A stretch of 64,000 bases of DNA, from NCBI RefSeq assembly GCF_964355755.1, contig NC_092676.1, forward strand, positions 20,044,871 through 20,108,870, written 5' to 3'. Position 1 is the first letter of the stretch. Every line of letters starts with the position of its first letter. This DNA comes from Antedon mediterranea. Taxonomy: Eukaryota; Animalia; Echinodermata. A program made the translations under genes and the position numbers. Shown here piece by piece: positions 15,001 to 26,323 of the stretch. Below the pieces are notes generated by a model. That model saw only the letters and a program-made list of their open reading frames with translations. It made no database searches and was not told the DNA's origin.

Positions 15001-18000
15001 TAATGGTTTCTAGGTCCATGCGATGACTGACACACAAATTGACTTGACCTATTTAGGTCGCCTTATGTCGAAATGAATTTCTGCATAGTTCACTAATTTT
15101 AAATCCAGAGTTAATATTGTTCTGGAAGCATTATATCAGTTAACTGACCAATGTGTTTAGTTTCAAATCTGATTCTGAAATGTCTTTTATTTTTCTCTAG
15201 TTTTTCATGCACAAAACTAGAGAGTACTTTAACAACAAAATCAAATGACAATTTACTAACCCTTTGTCTCACCATGAGGCGATTCAAAAATGAAAGTGTG
15301 TGTTTTTAGCGTATAAACCAATCCAATGAAGTAGGCTAAGGGTAACAAAACAGTGCAGGTATAGACAAGTGGCGTCAGTTTGTCATCTTTAAATGTATCA
15401 CTGTGATTTGATCCATGCTAAACGAAGAAGAATAAAACAAAAACAATCTTACCAGAAGTTTGTTATTTGTTTTGATGTAACGCAGGAGGCAAAGGCCCCT
15501 GGTTTAGCACCAGCATTGGAGTCTCCAATGCTTGGTAGTTTCAGGACTGTTCATGCTCTGGGACTCCTTAAGGTCTGGGGCCCCTGATGCTCTGAGGCCC
15601 CTTAAGCTCTTAGACCCCTCATTACCTAGGGTCTCTGGGTTTAGCAGTGAGCGTTCATAGATGAAATCAGTAAAATTCAGGTCCTACATTTTCAATAATT
15701 TATTGAAAACCCTACACATCATTGAATACATTGTAGTGGAGAGACGATGCAGAGATTTTTTCTGACCTCTAATGGATTACAAATCTGGTGAACATACCAC
15801 AGAGAAGAAACAATCAGAACATTGGATGTCATCACCATCATTATGTGTTGAATAGGAAATATTACATCGCTGTAAGACAGACAAAATATACACACATAAG
15901 TCAGTGCATTGGTAGATATAAAAACCAAATTGTGCTACCTGTTTTACTGAAAAATACTATGAACATTGGACAACATTTGTACATCCCATTCGCGACAGGG
16001 TTTTTCCGATAATACTGGTGGCTAGTTTTCATTGATTCAAAGGTAGGACCGCTTTAGCAATGGGCTTTAGGATCCAGTATAGTTAAAATCCCTGCCAAAA
16101 TTGTGCGATAAATCGTGACAAACTACTAATTTCACCACAACATTTCCGACACTTGTGCCCCATAAATGCTGCACCTCCCCATATTTTCCCACACTTTTGC
16201 TACCACGAAAATATACCCCGTAAATAGGCACCTTCCTGTATGAAAATATTTAAGAGCGACCCCCTGGGTACCAGGTTTATCAAAATTAAATAGATAGCTT
16301 ACTTACAGAACAGTCAATGACTGCAAATGTTTTTGTGAAGATAGTTGGAGTAAATGCCCCAGCTACTGAGATGAACAGGAGAGAAGATCCCACACCTGCT
16401 GAGTGCATGTTGAACCTCTGCTCACTGTGCATTACTCCACCTACAACCATTGATATTCCCTGAAAGAGAAGAAGAAGATCCCAATAATTTGTTTTCGTTT
16501 TCTTGTTAAAGACTTCAAAATTGTACTTTAATTCTGAACAAAATTTTATGAATATTGGAGGAATTCCATTCATAGTTTTAAGAACATAATTCATGACATT
16601 TGTAATAGTATAATTAAAACCATAATTATTGTACTTCCACAATCCAATCTGCATCAGCGTTGGTGCAAATTGATATTTTAAGATATTTTAGGTTTTTTTT
16701 GTGCAAGATGCTATTGTTAATTTCCTGGTAAATTTTTTTCTCTTTGTGTTTTGTATATGTGGATGTATTATCCGAAATAAAAGAAATGAACAAATGAATG
16801 AATACCAAATTCAGGAAAGGGTGGCAAGTACGACAATATGTTGATATAAAGTTTGCGATATACCCCTGATTTTTTCAACGTTTCGATTAATATTTTTCGA
16901 TCGTCCTCGGGTATATATACTTATATATATAAAAAAATATAAGTAGAGTAATATTTTTCATTTCATGGTTGCAGTTGGTCTATTGTATTCCAATTAACTA
17001 AGTATTGTGAACCTAATTACTGGAGAAGATACTTACAGGAATCAACAACATAGTTGCTAGCAGTGTCCCTGTCAGAGCAGACCTCACCAAATCCACATAA
17101 CATATGTCTACGTCATCGCTGGTCTGATGGGCTTTTAACAGTGTTGATATGTACAGGGTTATTTCAACTATTGAACCAAAAGTAGCATTTAAAACGGCTC
17201 CTACTGCATGGCTACTTTGAGCTGATATGCTGTGATAAAAAAAACACATGTATTTCAGTATAAGTAATGAAAAATCCATCTTGAAAATAAGCCCATTCAA
17301 AATAAAGTAGGAGATAAGGGTTTGTTATGATGACTCTGATAACCTCTATTTTATTTCAATAAGAATTCCACTGTAATATCCAGAGTAGATTTATGCTCAC
17401 ACGGCAGCTCATACTATGATAGTCATTGTCAGTCAGTATGGATGCTGAAGCACTTAATATATGCATACTTATACTAAATAAATATATTGTTTGATAAAGT
17501 TATAACAGTAGTTATTTAAACCACTAAGTGTGATTTTAATGTGAAGGACCATTACCACCACCACATCAACAACCGATACCACTTCCATCATTCACCATCA
17601 AAACCATCACCACATACAGCCAAGACCACTTATCACAACCACGCCAGTAGTGGACATCATCCCCATTAAAATATCATCCATAACAATTTACGATCAAACA
17701 AAACAACTACACATTTACCATCACTAAAAACGGCAATTCCTACTACCACTAACCTTGTGATGGCCATCCCTATGAGGTATGACATTGGAAAGATACTAAT
17801 CAAAGACAATATAAATTCCTGCAAATGATAAAATAAAAACATTCATTAAAATTATTATATCAATTATATTTTTACTTGAATGGAGTTATGTAACTGTTGT
17901 TGCATACTGTTATTAGTTGAGTTGTTTTTTATTTTATTTTTATTTATTTTTTATTTTTATTACATTAGGCAAATTGAAAGGATAACCATAAGCGAATTCA

Positions 18001-21000
18001 TTCACTATCCTAAAGATGGCAATCCTGTTAACAAGACAAACATATACACAAGATGCTCTACATAAACGAAGTCTTATTACAAGTCCTTGGGAGTGGAGTT
18101 GTAATTTGTCATTAGAAAAGATCCTGACATGACAGGACTTGAACCCAAGACCCTTGAATTGGTAGCCAAGCATCATAACCACCAAGCCACAACTCCACTC
18201 AAATTAAGCAACATGAGTCAGGTAGTTTCAAAGGATACTACTAATTTAAAAGACCACCTATTAAAAAGGATTGTGTAAAATGCAACAAGCATAGAGTTTA
18301 TATTGTGTATTTTTTTTTCTCTGTGCATTCTTTTTTAAAATTCTGGATCTGACACAAGCATTTGCTTTTTTGGTGATTTGATTGATTGATTTTGATTTGA
18401 TTGATTGATTTTGATTTGATTGATTGATTAATCTGTTTGCTAAGTTTAATGTAAAGAAACCTGCGTTGGTGAAACCCATTAAAACTGTTATCTATAAAAT
18501 ATTTCCTACCACCGACTAGGTTTCTATTCCAACAGATAGGTAATAGAAAGCAGATTAAAGATGTCTATTCTGAAAAGCAAATATAGAATAAATAGGTAGG
18601 ACTTACCATGATTGGCGTAATATAATAATTGTGAGGATCAAAATAACCTAAAACAATGGCTGCCAATACTATTGGTAACATGTCTATTTAAAATAGTCAA
18701 ATTAAGGATACATTTTGTAAACATTTAAACATTACACTCTAATGCATGGTTCTGAAAAAAAATGTGCCCTAAAGAATAGTTCATTAAAATGCACATGTGT
18801 ATACACACTTTATGTCCTTTCTAAAGGATGATGCACTGAAATAAATTATCTTGGCCCGAACCCACACCTCTCACATGCTAGTCCGATAATCCCAATATCC
18901 TTTACGCCATACTGCTCTTTCTAGTCCCGGTTCTAAAACTCTGTCTACATTATCAAACTAGTTTGACACAAAAAGTGTGATGTGCCCAAATATGGTAGTG
19001 AAATGCTTAAATATGGTAGCGAAATGCTTAAATATGGTAGTGATATGAACTCATCATGTCCATATATGGGCACATCACATAAAGTTTGATAGTGTAGACA
19101 GAGCTTTAGAGAAATTCCCTTTCCCTCTTTATTCAAGAGGCTATTCATTTTAAAAGGATACTGACTATGACAATGTTGATACCATCAATTGTAAACTTAT
19201 AGTAGTAAACATTTACAGCCTGGTATGAACACATAATAACCTCTCTTGGCTTGGAATGAGATCGCATCCACTAATATGAAAATGAACATTATTTAAACAA
19301 ATTAGTATATACATTCTTACAAGTGGTGGAATAATAGCTGTTAATAATGAGAAAACAAAGATATTTGACCGATGGCTTTTAGGAACACGTGTCCCAGAGT
19401 GGACATTCAATCTCAATATGAACAGTAAATTTTAATTAAAATTGACCGTTTGTTGCCTCCACCCAATCTTAGCAATTTGAATGACTCTTATAATAAAAGA
19501 TGTACAGTATTGCCCTCCCCCCACCACCACCACCACCACCATAAAAATGAAAATAAAGATAAATAAATCAAACTTTGAATTGGCCTGCCATTTTGAAGCG
19601 TTAAGTTACTTAAAAAGTTGCTTTAAAAATATTTATACAGTTTATATATCAATGAAACTGAAAAGGATTTTGTTTTTAAAAAAGACAAAATAAATATTTA
19701 AATTTAACAGAAACCCATTGGCTTCCAAAAGTTCCCAATATTTTTCTTTAAATTTATCAGGTAAATAATTGTTTTTTAAAATCAGATTTATTTAAATTTG
19801 TTAATAATGAATGGACAGAATTTAGTACTTACATAATTTGATGACTTGATGCTTAGTTTATTCGGGGGTAGTAATAAAACATGCTTTAACATTATCACGT
19901 TCATCTGTTAAAGAAATCATTAAGTGATGAATACATTTCAATATCTTTACTACATGATGGAAACATAGAGAAAACAGATTTTTAATTCCTCCATAATTAA
20001 AATATTTATAAATGTATGATTCATTTATAAGAAGTTTTATTTCCCTTTCATGGAACAAATGAATAAGTTTCTATCAAATTGGTTACAAACAGTGAAAGTA
20101 CTGCCTTTTTTCTGTAATATAAGTCCTAGAAAATCAATTTATGGACTATTATAAGAGAGAGTTGTGCAGCTTTGATATTGCACACAATCATACACATGTA
20201 TTAAAATGATTGGAATTGTACTGGGAGGGATTCAAACTACATTTAAAACCTGGGTGGACTGGGTATATTTGCTAGTATTGTATATCTTAGTGGAGCTGTA
20301 GCTTGGTGGTTAACATGCTTGCCTTCCATCCCAAGGTCCGGGGTTCAATCCTGACCTAGTGTCAGGGTTGGAATTTACAACTCTTTCAACTCCACTCTTG
20401 AGGCCTCAAATGAGACTTAGTTTATAAGCATGATACTGCTGTACATTATTATTAAATAGTTTATCCATCCTGTAATTAGAGAGTTACTCATTGTTGGATG
20501 TGTATGGAATTTTTTAAAAAGAAAGAAAAAAAAATCCAGGTTTTATAACAAACCAAGAATAAGAATAAAACACTTTATATTTGGTGGGGGTATGATGGTC
20601 AGAGAAGACCCCAGAGCCAAACATTTTTTGATATAGAATGAAAATATATGCTTGTTTGTAGGAACTACTGTATGTTTGGTAATAGAGTATAGGCCTATGA
20701 TTAACTCAAATTATCGTTGGGAATAGTATTTGAGGGACTGGTGGTTTGGGACTATAGTAAGTGTGATTTAAAATTATTTATATTTTGTACATGTTAACAC
20801 TATTGGTATCTATGAATATGTCACAATGTAAATATGCTTTATAACAAATACAGTTAAAATATGGAATCATAATGGCTTGCTTCACTTTTTTTCGGAGCTG
20901 ATTTCATCGCAGTACAAATACCAAATACTGTGTGATCAAAAAGATAAAAAGAGTGTTTAATCTTACTTTTGATACAGGTATGAATATTACAAAAAATCCA

Positions 21001-24000
21001 GAGACAAGAATAGTAATTGTATGAACTAGTGACATAAGTGGTAGTCCAAACACAGCCCACACAAAGAACGATGGTTTCTGTAAATTAAAAAAAAAGTTAA
21101 ATATATTTTATTTACAACAAATACTACATATTGTAAAAAGAGTGTAAAATCTGAAACCAGATCATTTAAGTGAAAAACTTAATGATGGCTTTATCTATCA
21201 AACAAGTTCTTTTTTTTTATGGAGCATTACATTTTTTTTAAATATGTAAAATTATTCGCTTGAAAATGCACTTTTATGGAAATAATTGGCTCAAAACTAA
21301 GTTAAAATGATTTTTTTGATTGATACAATACATCTACCCCAGTATACAGTAACTCCTAAAGGAATATTTCTATCGATTTGATCAGATATACTGTATGTTT
21401 ATGACGTCCTATGTACATACATATAGTGCAAAGAACTTGGTACACTATTCGAAAAGAGTAGGGGATTGTGCTGTTCTGGTAAGCGCTGCACTGCTGGCTG
21501 CCGTGGGTCCATTGAAGGTCTAATTTAGGCTAGTTAAGCTTGAGGACCAGAATAAATACCTTTAGCTTAAGTTTTTCTTTAAAAGAAGGGAAACCTTTAT
21601 GTAGAAATTATTGTAAATAAGACTTATTTTTGTTCAGTGCTTTGGTCTCTGGGAAAAGTGCTATATAAATCACTATAGCAATAACAATAGAAATATATTG
21701 TTCTTACGCAATAAGATGATTCTGTTGTATTTGACATTCCTCTGGTGATGGCAATTGGAATGTTCTCATCTTCAAGCACTTCACTTTCTACATTATCCTG
21801 TGATTCTAATCCTTGCAGCTCTTGCTCACATTTCTTATTTAGGTAAAAATGATTTAAATATGTTTAAGGAGAGTTAAGTCAGTGCCCATTTAGACTTAGG
21901 TAGTTATTTACCCGCTAAGATGACTTCAGAGATTAATTCTTGCTAACTTAGGTGGTACTACCTGTAATGTAGGTAATCAATTATGGATCCCGAGTGTGCC
22001 TGATGTTCTGTCTTCACTATCAAACATTATGTGACAAAAAAATGTGATGTGCCCATATATGGATACAATGATGTCATATCACTACCATATTCGAGCCTAT
22101 CGCTACCATATTTGGGCACATCACACTTTTTTTTGTCAAACTAGTTTGATAGTGCAGCTTTAGTTTGCATTTGTTATTCAGTGGTTGTAATCTCATTTTT
22201 TATGACATGAGTTTTTAATTATTAAACGATGCGTATATTGAGTAGTTTACAGTTTACCTTTTGAACAAATCTTCCAAACGGCCACAGCATATACCAAGCC
22301 AACTTCAAACAAAAATGTCCTAAAAAATAAAAAAAGATATTAAATAATAGTAATTTATCATAGTATTTTATACTATGTAATTTAAACATAATCAGTGATT
22401 CTATTGATTATTTATTATCAAATTAATTATAAATAAAACAAAAGAGGGTTGGCTGTAGTGTTTAAATATGCCTCTCATTTGTTCCACTGGAATATTTTCT
22501 CTGCAGGATTTCAATAGAATACCTAAATCTCTGTATACGCTATCAAAATAGTTTGACAAAAAAAAGTTTGATGTGCCTAAATTTGGTAGTGATATGGCCA
22601 AATATGGCAGTGATATGACATCATCATGTCCATATATGGGCACATCATTTTTTTGTCACATACCGTTTGATAGTGTAGACAGAGCTTCAGAAGTTTAACA
22701 TTATGGAGAAAGCATATATAGTACATTTTTGTCAACCTATGTAATACTGTATGTGTGGATATAGACATGGAGAAACATAATAATAATCATTAAAGTTTAC
22801 AATGTAATAAGTTAATATTATAAAGGTAACAGACAATGCAAACACGTTTTTGACTTGATAAGATAATAAAAATGTTAAATGATATTTAACCGGTATAAAC
22901 TAAATAGACACTGTCAATTATTAAAGGTATACCATAATACTACTGTATAATTACCAGCATAAATTGATATTTTTTACTAAGGTATTATGTTTTGAATATT
23001 CAATCAATATTTTATGTACCAGTATTTTATACACCTAAAGGGGGTTACAGTTCACTCACTAAAACTGTCTACACCATCAAACTGTGACAACAAATTATGA
23101 TGTGCCCATATATGGACACGATGGTGTCATATCACTACCATATTTGGACACACTTTTTTTTAATAGTGTAGACAGAGCTTTAATAATAATAGATAGATAG
23201 ATTTATATAGCGCAAATAAACGATGTCTCTATGCGCTCGACAATAAAGAGAAAGAGTGGAAAACAAAAGGAAGAGAACAAAAAGACACACACGAAACTAG
23301 CACTATCACCGCTTACTGGGGATCAGTGTGTAAGTACCCCAGTTAGCATCGGTTAAGTATTGATCTTTTTAGGGATCTTCTATATTGACCTTACCGTAGT
23401 CTTTTCCAATGATAGTCAGAAACATGAGCATCGCAACTAGGGTATAGACCAACGATATCCACCAGCCAAACAATATAACATACAGTACGTTACCAAAACT
23501 CAGAGTACCTTAAAGAAAATCAAAGAAACATTTGAATACTTATATATAGTACAACTAAAGGTAATCTAACAACAGTTTTAGAAGAGCCCAGCCACACCTC
23601 ATAGACACTTCTTGGAGCACACCCTTACCGACACTTCCTCAGAAGCACATCTACAGCCACACCTCACTTACAGCATCATTTATCCTCTGTTCCTGTGTTT
23701 ATTCTGTATTTATAACGTATTATCCTGTACTTAGTATATTAAGCACAACTGAATAAACAAATGTGATATTTCAACCAAGCGAGTAGAGTCTTCAATACAG
23801 TCTAAAACCTCACATATTATATTACAGTATAGATGAATGAATGTGTTTAAATTTTCTGTTGTAAAATAGTATATGACTATGTTTCATATATGCTTATATG
23901 CTTGTATGTTTTTAATCAAATAAATAAATGAAATGTCTTAGTCTAGCCAACAAATTTAATTTACAGTCATCATCTTCTACACATTTGGAATCTCTCCTTC

Positions 24001-25392
24001 TCTCCAAGTTTGATAGTGTGGACAGAGCTTAAGATCTTGATCTTTAACAATTTTGATTCAGTTTCATATTGTTATTTTATAACGATTTGTTACAAACTTA
24101 CTAACAAATGGTTTTATTATATTTGGGCTCTCATACAATTTCTGAACAACCTCTGATCTTTCTTCTAGTGGTCTTGCTGTCAAATGTGATTTCCATTTCT
24201 TGAAACCGAACTATAAATATGAAAAAGAGGAAACTTATTATTATTAGACATTAGGCATATTTATTTTCAGTGTTTTTATACAATTTAAATAGTAAAACCA
24301 GTGCATAATCTTTGTTGATTAGAACGAATTATTTACAATAAAGTGTTTTGTTCAGTTTATTTTGTTGGGTTGATTATTTTTGGGTTATAATATGCTGAAT
24401 TGTTTAGGGGTTAGGTTGATTATCTATGGGTTAAGTTTGATCTTTTTGTGTTTTTATAAATGTTTTTTTTAAATATTTCTTGTGTGGATATTTTCTGATA
24501 TATTTATTGAAATGCTATATTTTATCTTTATGTGCTACGGTACTCGGTAAGAGGGTTACACAGGCTCTTGTCATAGGGATTTAGTTGCCTTTTCTGTTTT
24601 GTGCCACTTACTTTTTAGTTGTTTGTTTGTTGTTGTTTTGATTGACAATAAAGAATGAGAATAAGAATATATAGTGTCATTAGGTATAAATATTTGGCTT
24701 TTAAAATCATGCAGCTGATTTCATTTGCAACCATGATATGATACTTTTTAACAGTATCATCTTTACCACTCACCATGTGGTTTTGTTTCATTTTTTGCGC
24801 TTCAATCTCATTTTCGGCTTCAATGATGACAAATCCATCTTCATCAATCCTGTCGCCAGTGTGCGAGCGTTGTCTACCAAATCGTAGTCTTACATGACTG
24901 TTTGTTGAATGATCACTTCCTATACTGTTAATTGAACAATTCGAGTCTATACAGTAAAGTACCAAAATAACAAGAAAATAAAATGATTGACATGAAGATA
25001 GCAACTAAAGAAAACAATTATTATCATTTGTTAATAAATAATTATTCTTCCATTCAGACTATTATTATTTATTTATTTATTTATTGTTGTTGGTTAATTT
25101 AATTTAAATACTAAATAGGCTAGCTAGGCCTAATATTATATTTATTAAATAATAATCATTGCAATCACTCCATTGTTTACCTACCTGAGTTAAATGTAGA
25201 ACTCCTAGGCCTGGTACCTCCAATATCGGTCACTACTGAAGGATCTGACTCATGTTCTGTACCGACCGTAGGCCTAGCTCTAGTGTCACTGATAGGTGTT
25301 CTGTTGGCGTTGGCCTGAGCAGCGTCGGCGTTAATTATGTCCATCACGTCGAGCTGAGGTCCATCTCCAACTTCATCTTGTTGTTCGTCCAT
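12086..25392 (-). CDS. cax1: Type II CAX (VNX1-like) Ca2+/cation:H+ exchanger, 20 coding exons, ~764 aa
   Basis: Exons (minus): 25392-25185, 24946-24774, 24210-24102, 23508-23395, 22319-22258, 21833-21708, 21077-20967, 19904-19833, 19270-19162, 18683-18607, 17818-17754, 17229-17037, 16459-16307, 15869-15798, 15417-15273, 14843-14698, 14255-14161, 13548-13473, 12673-12562, 12162-12086. All GT-AG, phases consistent, total 2295 nt. Motifs: FGFKKWKSH, YccF-like FGNVLYVILFGWW...LWPFG, YYYKFTIDGINI, c-1 repeat GAVLNATFGSIVE, GLVYTLKTH, c-2 repeat APSLPEILNGVQFA, DGKSDYFQGS. Symbol is family-level; exact orthology untested. Confidence 0.93.
12305..12550 (+). mobile_element. tRNA-headed SINE with Deu/Nin-like central domain
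   Basis: A-box-like TGGTCGAGCGG, central ggataaggactataaaccgtaggtcc, (AAAT)n tail. Related copies at ~48350-48590 and ~61255-61560; more distant ones at ~38236-38500 and ~21400-21560. Confidence 0.7.
12721..12859. mobile_element. MITE family A copy
   Basis: Same TIRs and internal sequence. Confidence 0.8.
14430..14572. mobile_element. MITE family A copy
   Basis: Same internal sequence; left TIR eroded. Confidence 0.75.
18684..19161 (-). other. U12-type (minor spliceosome) GT-AG intron in the CAX gene
   Basis: 5' splice site GTATCCTTTT at 19161 and branch sequence TCCTTAAT at 18708-18701, ~18 nt before the AG at 18685-18684. Splicing restores the frame IVIVN-MLPIV. Confidence 0.88.
18937..19105. 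mobile_element. MITE family A copy (inside the U12 intron)
   Basis: Same TIRs; three copies of the internal 21-bp aaatatggtag unit. Confidence 0.8.
22005..22160. mobile_element. MITE family A copy
   Basis: Same internal sequence. Confidence 0.75.
22527..22686. mobile_element. MITE family A copy
   Basis: Same TIRs and internal sequence. Confidence 0.8.
23062..23179. mobile_element. MITE family A copy (deleted)
   Basis: Shortened copy with both TIR remnants; a further TIR fragment lies at ~24007-24030. Confidence 0.7.
23574..23826 (+). mobile_element. Partial solo LTR (R-U5-like part) related to the Gypsy element
   Basis: Colinear matches to the reverse complement of 27992-28214: agttttagaagagcccag, cacacctcact.acagcatcatt.atcctc, ctgaataaa, caagcgagt..agagtctt, ending in TATATTACA. 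Confidence 0.75.
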
Positions 25393-25399
25393 CTGACAC

Positions 25400-26288
25400 A
25401 GTTTCGTTTAATATAAGCTACTTACGCATTTATATCATATATTTTTAATGATGCATTGTTATGACAGATGAAAAAAAGTGGGAATAAGTAAAAAGGCAAA
25501 GCCTAAAAGAGCAAAGCATGTGCAACATCAACACATGAACACTCCCACACCGCACACGTCTTCACACACACACCTGAAACAAAAATGACAACAAACGTCA
25601 CGCATCATCGCCCAACTGCTGTCATATGTTCGTACCAGCACGTGATTGTTTTTCACGTGATCATGATACCTGGAAATGTTATTTGTTTACTGTCAGTGTA
25701 AGCGGATGTACTACTACTACTAGGCCTAGTATATTATTAATTAACAGGATTGGATGATTGTTGTAGTGACCTAAACTACCTAAAGTAAACAAGTATGTAT
25801 TTTAAATTTAGATTATTTTCTTTCTTATTATCAGAACTTAGTAAAAAATCACGTATTCGTCGGTTACAAAAAATGTTCACTTGAGGCCCTAAATATTACA
25901 GGACGTGACTCTCATGACAAAAATAAAGGTCGTCTTTATTACATCGTTAGATATATCATCAATCAATCTGAAAAATGTCTCACTGGTGACATCATTGATC
26001 CCGTGGAAACAAACAGATACTACTATATAATAATATCATTAATTTAATATTATAAAAAAACATTTCAGTGTATATTCAGTATCTGCTACTGAACTGTATA
26101 TTCTCTTTACTTCTATTCTACTAATACATACTGACTTTTTCACATTTCTTTATATCATGATAAATGTAGCCTATTTTTTCCAATCAATCAATCAATCATT
26201 TTAATTGATCATTTAATGAATAGATCGAGTGTGCCGTCTGAATCATGATATATAATATTAATTGATATTTATCTTTCAAATTTCATAG
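25400..26288. promoter_or_regulatory. Probable bidirectional promoter / 5' UTR region shared by CAX and arsS-like genes
   Basis: Start codons diverge ~930 bp apart (25392 minus, 26324 plus). Locally CpG-richer, with CACGTG at 25639-25644 and TCACGTGA at 25653-25660. An acceptor (ttcatag) at 26288 implies an upstream non-coding exon. Confidence 0.55.
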
Positions 26289-26323
26289 ATTTGGAGCATC
26301 TTAGTTGGGACTTTATTATCATC

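Noticed and set aside
18229-18238. Second GTATCCTTT (U12 donor-like) motif on the minus strand
   Set aside because: Mid-intron with no plausible exon ending there; the flanking exons already join in frame with U2 sites.
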